NCBI GenBank assembly: GCA_964016885.1
Contig: OZ024745.1
Span: 130,138,001-130,202,000, forward strand
Direction of reading: 5' to 3'
DNA length: 64,000 bases
From: Eledone cirrhosa
Taxonomy: Eukaryota
In this document: piece after piece, positions 11,122-29,861 of the stretch
How positions within the stretch are numbered: position 1 is the stretch's first letter
Layout of the letters: every line of letters starts with the position of its first letter
Made by a program: the position numbers and the translations under genes
The notes under the pieces: model-generated
What the model was told of the DNA's origin: nothing
The model's database searches: none
What the model saw: only the letters and a program-made list of their open reading frames with translations

Positions 11122-13866
11122 ACAAATTGATTAAAAGGTAACATTTCTGAGTCAATATTATTTGGAAGGGATCGGACTAAAAAATGTGTTTTTGCTTTGG
11201 TTGTCCGCCCCCATCTTATATATATATAGGAATTGTCATTAACACAACATATGTATATAGGTCCGTAGCAGATCTCCTCTATAGTCCAGTCACCTATCTG
11301 AAATGCTAGTATTATTGCGGGTACAACAAATGCATTTGGGGCTATCATCTAGTGGCAATAGGGGAACGCACATAACCATACAATTTAATAATTGGTAGAT
11401 GACTACTGAACGAGTCATTAACTACCTTCTTGGAATTGTAGTTGTCTCAGACATGTGTAAAGTTTATTCATAATATTTAGTCAAACAATCACCTATACAC
11501 CACTAGAGACGAGCTGTTGAGAGACTATTACTGGCACTTCTCGACAAGCTAGGAAACATAGTTTTCTCTCTCAACTTTCATCCAATAGTTTTAAAAATAT
11601 CAAAACACTGTGGATTAAGCAGGCGCATTTGTATTGCCTTCTACAATGTGTTGGTTGAATATGGCCCCATGTATGACTAAATAGCACGATACTTCACTAC
11701 TACAATCACCTACCACAAAAATAATATACGTTAAAATAGTATACGTTAAAATAGTATACATTAAAATAGTATACAATAAAATACGAGCAACCTCGTCCAT
11801 AAACGACGCTATTAATATCACCTTCATTAACCCCACCATCATCATCAAGCTGCTGTTTTCCCCCTATTCCTTATCGTCAACAGCATTACCTTTCACGTTG
11901 ACATCGACAACAGCAAGACAAACAGCTTCATTAATAACACAGTGATGAACTTAACAACAATAACAACCACACTAGCAAGAAACACAATAGAACATGTGTG
12001 TTGTTACGTTTGCTCCATTACAAATGACAGAATACTCCCAACTTTTATTCAATTCTGAATTTGAAACTTCTAAAAAATAAAGTAGCTATATGAAATGTAC
12101 CTCAGTAACAATTATACAGACCCTACGTGACAGAAATAGAGTTGTGTCATTAAGGTTGGAAGCATTTCCGGTGTACGACTCTGTTACTATGGCAAAGTTA
12201 CATTACATTTTGAGTATGTCCTCACCACGAAAACGCTGATCCATTGGGACTAAGTCAACGCTATTTTCTGCCTACAAAACTATCATTATTGATATATATC
12301 ATTTATTATGGTATTACTTGACAATGTATGATTTCTCATTCTGAATAATCAATTTTTTAATTTTAATTTTCAATTTTAAGGCTTTACCTAAGTACGTATG
12401 AGTGTGTGCGCGAGAGCGTGTATGTATATGTACAGGTGTGTGCGTGTGTATGTGTGCGTGTATGTGTGTGTGTGGGGACCTGCGGTTGGCTGTTTATGTT
12501 TTTTCATATAAAAGGAGACGACATGAAGTAGGTTTTCAAATCATGCAATCCCATTAATGATGAGTCAGATGTTTTACCTGATTTGATTGTTTCCTTCATC
12601 TTCTCTTTTCCGTTTTTTTTTTATTTTGCATATGCTTTATGTTGCATACACACACATATACACATAACATTGGCACGTGCACGGTCGTGTGTAGCTGCAG
12701 CTGGAACAACAACCGCCCTACGCAACTGCAATACGTCAAAACTACATCCTACACAGAACGATACATACACAAACATACGCAACATAGACAAGCACACCTA
12801 CAAACCAATTACACTATTCATAGCTTACTTTGATATCATGGTCAATAGAACAATCAAAGCCATCAACACCGTCATCATCATCATCACCATCATCCTCTCC
12901 ACCATCTTCATCGCTCCAACGACAAAAACATAACACAACAACAACGAGAAACACGTTACTGAATTAATCACTTTTTTCTCGCATAACAATAATGACCATT
13001 ATTTCACCTACCCAACTACCAAAATCAACTAACAGAACGTAATGCTGCTATTAATATAAGAGACACTCACATACACACCTGCAGGGGGAAGACATATAAG
13101 CAAATACAGATATATTAACTATTCCAAATTATATATCTGCATTATATTTTTTCAGGTATTCACAGCATCCCATTTTCCGTCCTATACATATAGTAAAGGT
13201 TGTCAGTTGTTATGATGATTATAATGTATTGGGTGGGTTTATAGAACACCACATTCATAACTGTGTTAGGAAGGGTAAAGCCCATGTAAGTGTGTAGGAC
13301 ACTGTCGAAAAGATGAAAAAAAGGTTACATCAACAGATAGTAGCATATAAGAACTACGATATTGCTCTCTTATTGAAAACTTTTGGGGGCACCAAACGGC
13401 AAGATGCTGGTTTTAACATTACCAACGGAATATTTCTATCAACTAACAACAAGTAAGGTCCATTTCAACGAGAACCTAGAAAGATGTGATCAAACCAATG
13501 GTTATTTCAACAAAGATTATGGTACAATACACGTGGCTGTGGCAAAAGCACTTATAGATAAAGTCAATTTTTAAGAATATTTAGACTTTATTTATTTGTT
13601 ATTGCAAGTTAAAATTATAAATATATTGCAGGAGAAATGATGATACTAGATGAAGAGCAAAATTCAAATAGTAAGATTGAAAATTACACTTGAGTTTCGA
13701 CTTGAAATGTTAGGTCAATAGGTGAATTGTTTTAAGTAGTTATAACAATGCAAATAGTAAATGTTTTTTTTATTCTTTCTAGCGGGTTATTTATATTATT
13801 TCTTCAGTTGATTTCTACGCATTTATTAAACAGGTGTATAAATAAATGAGCTAGTACAGACATTTT

Positions 13867-13904
<38 letters not shown>

Positions 13905-13921
13905 ATTTTGAAAATGAAATG

Positions 13922-13952
<31 letters not shown>

Positions 13953-13957
13953 TTATA

Positions 13958-14009
<52 letters not shown>

Positions 14010-14106
14010 CATATATATATACACATGTATATATATATAAATATATATAAATATATATATTTATAGATTTATATATATCTATATACATACACACATTACA
14101 TACATA

Positions 14107-14199
<93 letters not shown>

Positions 14200-14351
14200 G
14201 TGTAAGTAAGTACGTATAATGTTCCAACAGTGATATTTATCCAAAACACGGAAGCTGTACGATTTAGGAAGTATATTTAATAAATAGGTAGTTGATAAAT
14301 GTCAGCTAGCCTCATTCTGTTTCACTTTATGCCCCAATTACACGCGTGCGC

Positions 14352-14387
<36 letters not shown>

Positions 14388-14613
14388 TTATGTGTATGTG
14401 TGTGTGTGTGGGCGCGTGTGTGTGTGAGTGAATATATATATATATATATATGTATGTATGTGAACATAACTTCAATGATCAAATGAAAATCAGTGGGAAT
14501 CTAAAGTGCGTGATATATATTAACATATCGTGAGCTGTAGATAAATATATTGTACTGTTGTATCTCTAGCTAAAACATGCACGCAGAACTATATCAACTT
14601 GCATCAAACACAA

Positions 14614-14675
<62 letters not shown>

Positions 14676-14881
14676 ATACATATCTGTGTGTGTATTTATA
14701 TGTATATATATATATATATATAGTGAAAGAGTGAAGAATAACATGGTAACTGGATTACCTATAACGATAATATGTTATCCCATATATATATATGTAAAAG
14801 GTAAACAGAAATAACAACACAATCGGTACAGTATATTGAAGGTATATATTAGGTTAACGCTTGATATAGCAGGAAGAAAGT

Positions 14882-14915
14882 CTTAACGTTTCGGACGCTA
14901 GTCCTTCATCAGAAG
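14882..14915 (-). ncRNA. Minimal hammerhead ribozyme (palindromic stem III, Penelope-type)
   Basis: Minus strand: CTT-CTGATGA-A-GGAC TAGC GTCC-GAAAC-GTT-AAG; downstream flank (14838-14877) recurs at 56963-57002. Confidence 0.7.
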
Positions 14916-14983
14916 TAAGAATGAGAAATAAAATTGATTGAGGGGACGGGCGGGATGGAATTGGAATATATATATATATAAGG

Positions 14984-15041
<58 letters not shown>

Positions 15042-15129
15042 TTTATTTATTTTATTTACTTGTGGTTGAGAGGTTGAGGCATTGCTTGGGCATCGCAAAT
15101 GATGCTATGCTTTCTATAGCCCGCCTTCC

Positions 15130-15790
15130 ATGGTTGGCCATTGAGGCAATAGGGAGTTTGTTGCTGCTGCTCTTATTTGTGCTTTGCCTTGTGCTGTGGG
15201 TTCATCTGGGATCTTGGTCAGTAGAATGTTGAGATGCCATTTGAAAGCATCTACATCTCCACCATGTAGATCTCACAGATGTTTTAGCAGCTTACTACAT
15301 AGCTGGGTCCCTTGAACCCCATGTTATTGTAGTATGTCGTCCTTATTCTAGATGCAATGATGGGAGCTTTGGCACTACAGTGTCGTACTCTTTGTAGGCT
15401 GGTCCGGCCTTGAATGCCAATGTTTGGTGCAAACCCTTCCAGGATCTTCCATATGTATATCACTGCTTATCTCCCCCGTCTCTGTCCCATAGAGTAAAGC
15501 TTTAATTTCTTCAGCCTCTCCCAGTAGCTCTTCTCATTCATTAAGGCAATTTTCTTGGTGTAGATTTGTTGTATTACTTCAAGTGCTGCAGTTAATATGA
15601 CCCTGTGGGGCTACCAAAGCTGACGGCAATAGTCCAGTCGGCTGAGTACCTACATGATTCCCGAGTCTCTTGCTCTGAGAGTCTTCAGAATCAAACTCGG
15701 CAGTTGTCTGCACATTGCCACTATTTTGGTGATATGTGCATTAAACGATGCATCATTGCTAATGTCAGTACCCTCGTCTCATATTGATTT
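15130..15790 (-). mobile_element. CR1-like LINE ORF2 3' fragment (decayed)
   Basis: Minus-strand translation gives VLSRLDYC and YWERLKKLKLYSM...YIWKILEG, with stops and frameshifts. Confidence 0.75.
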
Positions 15791-15799
15791 TGAATCTGG

Positions 15800-16380
<581 letters not shown>

Positions 16381-16834
16381 TATATTCTAACTTTCTTTAT
16401 TTTCTCTGTAATGTGCCAATCCATCAACATATTGCAACGAATTAGCGAATAACACGGAATCATATAAATAAACAGGTTCTTACTCTTTGTAGTTTTTCTT
16501 TCTTCCATACTCACGTAATGCCCCTCATACTTTCATCTCCTAATCTTCCCTCATTCCTCTACCTGTTTCTTTTTATTTTTGTATCTTTCTCTTCGCCACT
16601 CTCATTCACTATTTTGTATGATTATATACCTGTATGTTTACGACTTTATCATCGTGTTTTTCTATCCTCTTGTAGCCATTAATATTTTCTGTTTTCACGT
16701 GGTATTGTGGCAGAACGCAGCGAAGAGAGAGAGAAAAATATCTGCGTTTGCATAAATAAATCACCTACTCTACATTTTGTGTTCAAATCTTGTCCATCGT
16801 AAACTCAAGTCTGTTCAAATTCTTGGTCATTATT

Positions 16835-17048
16835 CCTCAAAATAGATATACGTAACTAAATATATTGCTTTAAAAATTCACAGTAATAATTATTTCTACA
16901 TTTGACACAAGACCATCAATTACCCAATACATAAAATAAAATACCAGTAATGTAGTGAGTATTTGCTGGCCTTGTGTGAAATGAAAGAAGCAATTATTAA
17001 TGTGAATTTTTAAAGCAATATATTTAGTTATGTATATCTATTTTGAGG
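16835..17048. repeat. Inverted duplication (~85-bp arms) including SINE A tail
   Basis: CCTCAAAATAGATATAC...TTCACA mirrored by TGTGAA...GTATATCTATTTTGAGG. Confidence 0.75.
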
Positions 17049-17119
17049 TTTCTGACTGTATAACTCGTCATCATATTTTATCCATACACACTCGGATGGC
17101 AATACATACAGGCATCTAG

Positions 17120-17218
<99 letters not shown>

Positions 17219-17273
17219 GAGAGAGAGATCACAGAAAAAAGAGAATCAGTGTTGCGACGAAAGGAATTTATTG

Positions 17274-17369
17274 GACATATTACAAATGTTTCCCGAGCGA
17301 CCAGCTCGAGACTCGATCGATATGGTAATCACACCTGACTCTGAAATCAACACGGCCGTCAGATACGTC
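17274..17369 (-). ncRNA. Hammerhead-like motif with long stem II insertion (family F; element 17228-17392)
   Basis: Minus: GACGTAT-CTGACGG-CCG..(~60 nt)..CGG-GAAAC-ATTT-GTA-ATATGTC; 7-bp stem I; A9G core change; homologous to 61049-61405. Confidence 0.6.
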
Positions 17370-19107
17370 TCGATTCTACGAAGCAGATTTTCATATATAT
17401 ATATATATATATATATTCTGTGTGTGTCTGTATGATGTATAATTATATATACGAAAGCATGCTCGGTTGCCAGCATGAGAAATGTACAGATGAACATAAA
17501 ATGAATAAGTGGTGATGATAACAAATCTACAATAAATAAAACATGACCAACGATTAACTCTACTTGCTCATTTTCCTTTTGCATTAGACCCAACAATTGC
17601 GCTGCTGACAGGATATGAAATTGAAAATAAGTCTAATATAACGTTTTCCGTTCACATAGATATAAAAACAATAGAATTTATAAAACGATCCATTGTGAGT
17701 AGCTTCGATGAGTTTGTATGTCATAGGAAAATTGTGAAATATATTAATACAATTTTTGAATTTAAAATTTAAATCAAATTTCAAAGCGATAAGCCGGAAC
17801 ATTTTGCTAGGAGAGTTCCCAATACCCTGAAGAAAGTATTTTAAGTCCCGAAATATTAGGACGAAAAAAATAAGAGAATAATATTAAACACCTGGTAAGA
17901 AATATTTCGTTGCCAGCATTTTACCGTTCATTTCCCCTTGCCTTAGCCTCATAAACATATAATTTTCAACATTATATACTATAAACAATGCTTAGAGCAA
18001 ATTACAATATTTTATCATCTTAATAACGAAAAGAAGAAGAGATGAGTTAATAAAAAGACTTGAGTATTGTCAAAAACAGTTAATTAAATTGCATGCAATA
18101 TGAAACTTTCTGATAGAAGTCATGAATGAAAAACTGCAACTTAGTTGTAGAAATGTCTTAATAGATAACGAACTTAATGAATTATTGAAGTAGTTAGGAG
18201 CGAATAACAAAAACAATTTAGCCATTATATAAATGATATTAATATAGACATATGGCAAGGCACTTAAGAGATGGTTGTAATCATTTTTGGTGACCTCAGT
18301 GTTTGACTGGCATTTTGGTAATTATTTTATAGCGCTTGAAATCAACGAATACATTATATAAAGTAAGGTGTAAAGAATTGAAACCTTAAGGCATTTCGTC
18401 TCCGGGATTATCGTTTCTTTGAAATGTGGAAGGTGTGAGCATGATAGTAAAAACATGTGCATGAATGAATGAATAAAAATATAGATAAAAAGAACAAGCA
18501 AATTGTGTTATTGGTTGTTGAATATGCATAAAGGTGGATAGAAAATACAATAGAATATTAATTGATAAGTGTATAACTCCTAGCAGGAAAGAATCAAAGA
18601 ATAATCAAATGTAATATTAAATTATTGAATCATTAATTATATGACTGAACATACGAAGTAGTAAATGACGAAACTAGTAATAAGAATGACCAAAGGACGG
18701 ACTGATTAAATGAATATAAGCAGTGAAGGGGAAGAAAACCACGTAACCGTTAAGAAATGGACGAATCAGTACTTTTGTATGTGAATCAAAATTATTAGAC
18801 TAAATCTTGAAGGACAAATCAAATAATGAAACAAATGAATTGTAGGAATAGAAAAGGAAATGTACAAATAGAATAATGATTATATATCAATATTATAATG
18901 ATACTCATGCAATAATATTTATATATATGACCTACTGACTTGCATCACACGATTTCTTACTCCAAACACCTCTCTGAAGAATTAAACAGAAAGTGTAAAC
19001 ATTTTCTCTCACTCAATCTCTTTCTCTCTTTCTTCAGAAATGTAGATAGTACAAGAAGTGGCGTGTGATATAGATTATTTAATTATGCTCGCACGAATGT
19101 AGCTTGG

Positions 19108-19412
19108 ATGGTATCCAATGATGTTGACTTGGTCTTCTTTTTGGTAAATATCATCTTGGTTAAGAGAGTGGGACTAGCTTTGTGCAGTGCCTTTGCTCAC
19201 TATATAAGCTTCACGGCACATGCTTTATATTGTCGTCACATGGTACCATGGGCTCAGCACTATGTGGCAATAATTGTCACAAGTGTAGGGTTTGTACCAG
19301 AGTTTTCAAGTCTCTGGCTGGACTAAAAAGTCACACTCGTTCAGCGCATCGGTAGGGCTTCTCCTACATGGATATAAAGTAGTGGCCGTACTCGAAAACG
19401 AGTTGGCAGCCA

Positions 19413-19416
<4 letters not shown>
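19108..19416 (+). mobile_element. Family C non-autonomous retroelement, partial copy
   Basis: Reverse complement of part of the 31629-32239 copy, with a small internal deletion; ends at (TA)n. Confidence 0.85.
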
Positions 19417-19455
<39 letters not shown>

Positions 19456-19461
<6 letters not shown>

Positions 19462-19925
19462 TAACAGATTAAAGTTTGAGCAAAGAATCGCTGCTTTCAC
19501 CCTTAACCGGATCTTCTGTGAACGAACAAGTAAATATTTCGAAAAATGTTGCAAACGAGGGAAAAGATGAAGACGATACTTTGGTTCGTGAAGACGTTAC
19601 CTGGCAATGAACGGAAAAAAGCGAAGATAATACGTCATTATGTGGTGCGGTGAGAACAATTAAACGCAAAGACAAAACCACGTTTATGTTATAAACTTCA
19701 AAAATGTTTGAAGTTCTGGTCAACTTTATTTAGTTACCTACCTAGCTATGTGTGGTTACACATTTGTAAAAATTATCTCCTGTGATTATTCATGTTTATT
19801 CATATGTTAATCAATCTCTAGTTATTATAAAATGCTCGGACCTACTCGTTAGAATCTTAGAGCTTATTTTGCGTGTGATATGGCGCATGTCTTTCTGGCA
19901 TGACACCCATAATTTTGATTTAGAT
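19456..19925. repeat. Interspersed repeat family E
   Basis: TTAAAATAACAGATTAAA..AGCAAAGAATCGCTGCTTTCACCCTTAA shared with 29862-30300, 30929-30990 and 21595-21640; the 3' part is shared with 60810-60950. Confidence 0.7.
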
Positions 19926-19952
19926 TAAATTCATTTGATTTATCTTAATTTT

Positions 19953-20071
<119 letters not shown>

Positions 20072-21239
20072 TATTCAGCGAGTTACTAAGTATATTACAT
20101 ATGTGAGGGTGGCTTATTCTTATTCCTTGTAAAGAGGAATTAGAATAAGTAAACATAAACAAACAAAGACATTATAGCACAAATGTACAACGTCTAATAA
20201 TATACGAAAGAGAATGAGTTTCTGTAGTAGGAATAGTGAAGAATTAATGCAAAAAAGAATAAAAATAATTTAAGGAAGGGAATTATAATACATGCAAAGC
20301 AAGAGTCCCCGGAATCTGGTTATGGTCTCTGTATGCAAAAAGACATACAATAACGTTGTTTTGTTGAAATGATATATTATGCCACAGGGAGAAGATATAT
20401 CCAAGACTTCGGGACGAAACATCTCTTTCATCTCAATTTCAAAACGTGAGATTTCTATTCTCATCACGACACAGGAAAATATCCATTATTATCAATATGA
20501 TAAAGGAATGATAAAAGATAAATAAATAATGATAAAATAATAAATGGAATTAAATGAATATATATTTGATTATAATGTCTTGGATGATTACATATATGAA
20601 TGGATAAACATTTACAGCAATGAAAATGAATGAATAAACGTGAATAACTGAAAGAATCATCACAAAATAATAATGCTATAGATAATATTAGATTAATATA
20701 GCAGCTTAAATAACGGGAATAAAAAGTAGGAAGAAATAATCCCCGTACCCTAGAGCATAAACGAAATAAAGAACATGCTGCATAATTCAATGTATGAATG
20801 AATGTACATAAAAATGAATGTACATAAAAGAAAATAATGATGAATGTATAAACGTGAACGAATATATATATTTTTTTAAATTGTTGATAAATTTATATAA
20901 ATCCAAAGAGTTTATGTAATGGACCGGCGTGGTTTCATATAAGTGAATGTAAAAACGTGCATATTGAATGAATACAATGCCCGAGTGGGTGAATAAATGA
21001 ATGTACAATAATTTTGATTTAATAAATATATTTGTTTAATGTGTGATAACATGGCAAAAATAAAATACAATATAAAATACAATGAATAAGCAAAAGTATT
21101 CAATTGTAGAAAAGTCACTGTTTAAGTGTGAATCCATGACAATGTTTGCTTAAGAAGAACATTTTAGGGATACTATACGATTACTGATGGAGAGACTGGG
21201 AAATACCAGTAAGAACATAAATGTATATATATGCATGTA

Positions 21240-21292
<53 letters not shown>

Positions 21293-21356
21293 ATTATTAT
21301 TATTATTATTACTATATATACATATATACATATATACATACATATATATTTATTAC

Positions 21357-21413
<57 letters not shown>

Positions 21414-21485
21414 ATATACATATATACATATATACATACATATATATTTATTACTATATATATATATATATATAGATATATAGAT

Positions 21486-21592
21486 ATGGTGGCTGCCAAC
21501 TCGTTTTCGAGTACGGCCACTACTTTATATCCATGTAGGAGAACCCCTACCGATACGCTGAACGAGTGTGACTTTTTAGTCCAGCCAGCGAC
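21486..21592 (-). mobile_element. Family C short terminal fragment
   Basis: ATGGTGGCTGCCAACTCGTTTTCGAGTACGG...CCAGCCAGCGAC matches the family C end. Confidence 0.85.
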
Positions 21593-22238
21593 CAGTGAAA
21601 GCACCGATTTTTTGCTTAAACTTTAATCTGTTATTTATATATATCTGTTTCTCTTTCTCCACCCAACTCTTTTTATCCCAATAACTTAATTTAGTTATTG
21701 TATTGCCCTAGCCGGAGGTATATGGTCTGTAATGCGAAGAAATACCTATGGTGGCTAGTAGACCACTGATGATGGATAGTCCTGGCTTATATTTCTAATT
21801 CTTTATTATATATATATATATACGTCTCATATATTTGACAAGTTGTTAATTTCAATAGGTGGATAACCAAGTGAGGCCAGACTTATTATTTTTGGATGAC
21901 TTCCTTGTGTCAGACTCTTAAGTATTTTAACGAATTTTGTTTTAAGTTCGGCTAATCACAACCATATCTTCATCGGTAAACTAAAATGCCCTATTTCAAA
22001 AAATAGACGCGAATCATCTGAAAGGTTTTAATGCCTAACTTTTGAAAGGATTGTTACGTGAGGATTGAAGAAGGGAAGTCACTCGTTCTGCATCCACCTG
22101 AGTATAAAACGCGCAAATATCCGACGGTATAATTTGTACCAATAAACTCATTGTCTCGTGCATGGCATCGGCTAATTATCATTTTCAGGCGATCCATATT
22201 CTCTTGTACTATTTCGTACTATTGACTATGTATATATT

Positions 22239-22314
<76 letters not shown>

Positions 22315-22501
22315 CACACACACATACACACACACACATATATGTATATATATATATATATATATTAAAGAAGAGATATGTATCATATAAAAGGAGGAGA
22401 GAGAAAAAATGCGATACAGTATACTAGATGCCAATAGCTTGTAAGATGTGGAGTTTGGTTTTAAACGTATTGCATTCGCCTCCATTCATTCTGTTCATAT
22501 A

Positions 22502-22584
<83 letters not shown>

Positions 22585-22660
22585 TGTATATATATTTATA
22601 ACTTTATCGTACATTTCGGTTACTGCCGCACTACTTTATATATATATATATATATATGTG

Positions 22661-22770
<110 letters not shown>

Positions 22771-23721
22771 ATATACGTAAATATATATATACGTGAATAA
22801 ATGAATGTATAAATGTGTAAATACATTAAGAATATCTGCATGATTGTGGGCGGGATCGATATCAGTTCAGCGATAGAGAGTGAACTAATGAATGTAATTG
22901 TAAAAAACAACAACAACAAACAAAACAACAGAAAACAGAAACATATCAACAAAAATTAACCAAGCAATCAAATAGCTGATTCTAAACATACTTACCAATA
23001 CAAAAACAAAAACAAAAAATAGCTGAACTTATAAACGATAGAAATATGCCGAACATAAACAAAAATCAGGTAACACGATGTATTGCAGCAACTAGAGTTA
23101 CGAGAAATGCATCTACAGAGTTAATGGGAGATAACAACTTTATTACGTGACGCCATTATCCAAACAGAAGAGGTAACTGTAAAATAAGATTAATCACACA
23201 TCTTATGAAAATAAACAAATAAATAAATTAATTAATAAACAAATAAATAAACAAATAAATAAATAAATAAACAACTAAATAAATAAATAAATAAATATAT
23301 AAATGAATGAATGAATAAATAAATGAATAAATAAAGGAATAAATAAATTAAGGAATGAATAAATAAATATTTGATAATAGTGAAAATATGGTGAAAATAT
23401 GTTCAAGGTTTTGTCTGTAAAAGTGTAGCACAGTTAAGATGATGAGAGAAAACCAGATTAAAGTAATGAATAGTAGTCTTGTGTAGGGAAGAGGGAGATA
23501 CTCGTAGCGAATACACTACTTACAGCTATAACACTATTTACACGAATGCGTTATTTTGTTGTTTAATGTAGGCATATTATAAATGCATAAATGCATAGAG
23601 GAAAGAATATACAGATCTATCTAGTTGTATATATAAATATAAGTACATATAAACTTATATATATATATATATATTCTATTATATATTATATATAATAGAA
23701 TGTATATACATATATATATAC

Positions 23722-27397
<3,676 letters not shown>

Positions 27398-27441
27398 GTT
27401 ATAGGAATAACCAAAAAGTACTTAGAAATACATTGTTTTAT

Positions 27442-27489
27442 TAGCTAACAGTGTTTCATCCATACACCGTGGCAGGAATCATCAGCGCC
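27442..27489 (-). ncRNA. Hammerhead ribozyme motif (weak stem I)
   Basis: Minus: GGCG-CTGATGA-TTCC..GGAT-GAAAC-ACT-GTT-AGCT; AATAAA immediately downstream. Confidence 0.5.
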
Positions 27490-27962
27490 TGTAAAGATGA
27501 GTATATCAGTACTTGCATGCTCCATCGAGCTGAGTCACCAGAACCAGGTTAAAGGACCAGCAGAGGGGTCGCGAGGCTAGCGCTATATGGAAAAAGGCAG
27601 AATACATGATGCACATAATGTCATAAAATGTCTTAAAAATTTAAAAATTAAAAATTACACCAACATTTTATCACTTAAATGGTGCAATAGATGATAAAGA
27701 TGTTGGGAGAGTGTAGCAATGGATGAGTAAGGGTATTACTCAGCCTGATCGGAAACAATAAGAAAATAATAAAAAAAAAAAATAATAAGATACAAAAATA
27801 CAGGAATAAGAAAAGAGATAAATACAAAACAATAAAGGAAGAAAAAGCCCGGAAAGAAATATAAGACAAAGAAAAGCATAGATGCATCAAAGCACAATAA
27901 GTGCAAAAAGAGGGCTTTTTGTTCCCTTATTGTTTTGTATTTTTATATTTATCTTAGGATCA

Positions 27963-28043
27963 TGACCCTACCCTTGGGTTTCATTCGCATTTTGAGATAT
28001 CCTATTAAGGATAAATCTCGAACTTAGAACTCGTCAGGAGACA
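27963..28043 (-). ncRNA. Hammerhead ribozyme with extended stem II
   Basis: Minus: TGTCTC-CTGACGA-GTTC..GAGATTTATCCT TAAT AGGATATCTC..GAAT-GAAA-CCC AA GG-GTA-GGGTCA. Confidence 0.72.
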
Positions 28044-28289
28044 AACTAGCTAGGACAGATTATTTTCTGAAGTGGCCCTCGCCAAACAAGAATTCAAAAT
28101 GGCTAAGAATTTTGACGTGGCAGTGGTCAAGTCAGAAAGAGTGTGATTTGTTGCTTACGGCGAGTGGGCTGGTTGCTAGGAAGAGCAGCCAAATATTGCC
28201 CGGATTGCATCTCAAACTTATGGGAGATTATTAAATACAAAAGATTTATATATACACCAATTAATATATATATATATATTGAGAGATAA

Positions 28290-28343
<54 letters not shown>

Positions 28344-28776
28344 AGAGATAAATACATATATATATATTGAAAGAGCGAAATTGAGAGACAATGGGGGAGA
28401 GATCTGGATATTCATACGTTTATGCATTTATGATATTCTTTCGCACTATTATTTGTTGTATATACATGGATCGCGTTGATATGTTCCCTCAGCTACTTCT
28501 ACATATGAATACCGCTTTTGTCTTCGGCAGCATATATGCTTCATCGACTTTATAATATATATATATATATATATATATAGATAATTTAATATATCAACTA
28601 ACATAAGCGCACAGATGCACGCCCATGCTAGCAAATACACAGGTTATGTCATAGTACCTAGGTGGTTCAATGCAGGAGAATGCAGAACAATAATATAAAG
28701 GACGTAAAATAAGAAAATATTTTTAAAAAAAAATTTTTTTTTAATTTTTTTTACTTACTTAAATTTTCACTCCAAC

Positions 28777-28886
<110 letters not shown>

Positions 28887-29044
28887 TTGTTATACTTTGG
28901 GAGTGTCATGTTGCCAATAAGAAACACACGCACCACATGCTTCACTTCAATTTATTATAATAAATTTATAAATTTAGGAATTTATAAATTTCCGGTTGGT
29001 TGGTTGGTTCCACAACCAGACGATTATAGTGTACATAGAATATA

Positions 29045-29314
29045 GTGTACATACGTGAGACAGCTCGTAGTATAGAGGAACGGATAAATGAACACTGGCG
29101 AGACCTTCAAGATAGTAAAGAATCATCTGTACTCTACCAACATGCTAAAATAGAACATAGGGGTAAATTAGAGAACATAGAAATAAAAATAGAATCTACA
29201 CACAGAAAAGACGTAATGTTTAGACAAATCACAGAGGCAATAAACATAAATGAACTCCAACCAAAATTAAATAGAAAACATGAATGGAACAGCAACATCA
29301 CAACTTACATTTAA
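29045..29314 (+). pseudogene. GIY-YIG endonuclease C-terminal part (Penelope-like element)
   Basis: YIRETARSIEERINEH...SVLYQHA...RQITEAININELQPKLNRK matches the YIGET..R..EH / H / E..I..LN pattern. Confidence 0.82.
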
Positions 29315-29507
29315 GGTCAAAATGAAAACACACACGCACATAGAACAAACAACCAACCAGTAACATGTAAATAAACAAATAAATAAACGAATATAAATAC
29401 ACACAGACACCCGGATGTAACACATGCGCAATCTAAGCACAAGACACACACAAAAACAAGATGGACAGAACAAAGGAGAGGCACAAAAACAAAGAAAAGA
29501 ATCCCCA

Positions 29508-29550
29508 GTCACTGAAGAGGTCACAGAATGTGTGACGAAAGAACTTTGAC
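29508..29550 (+). ncRNA. Minimal hammerhead in Penelope pLTR
   Basis: GTCA-CTGAAGA-G-GTCACA GAATG TGTGAC-GAAA-GAA-CTT-TGAC. Confidence 0.7.
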
Positions 29551-29861
29551 AATATATAAACAATCATCTGGTTGTGGAACCAACCAACCAACCGGAAATT
29601 TATAAATTCCTAAATTTATAAATTGATTATAATAAATTGAAGTGAAAGTAACTGGTGCGTGTGTTTCTTATTAGGAACATGACCCTCCCAAAGTATAACA
29701 ATATCGGTTTCAACACACGTTTTCAGATAAAGAATCTTGCTAAACAAATTCAGAAATGAAATATATATATAATAATAATAATAAATTTGAAGACTAAAAT
29801 CCAAAGAGGGCTCGATAATGATAAATATATATTAAATATATAAGAACCGTAGAGCAAATAT

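Noticed and set aside
10962-11348. Cadherin-like words (VNDNS, DGG, SATDL)
   Set aside because: They lie in different frames, and the VNDNS segment is part of a 28-bp inverted repeat of a ribozyme cassette.
13150-13574. Possible host exon after a TTTTTTCAG acceptor
   Set aside because: Stops occur in all frames and no motif is recognisable; cannot be supported without a homology search.
16709-16751. Hammerhead-like stem GCAGAACGCAG/CTGCGTTTGC; similar weak hits at 21766, 33166, 48743 and 63148
   Set aside because: Incomplete cores or missing stems; compatible with chance.
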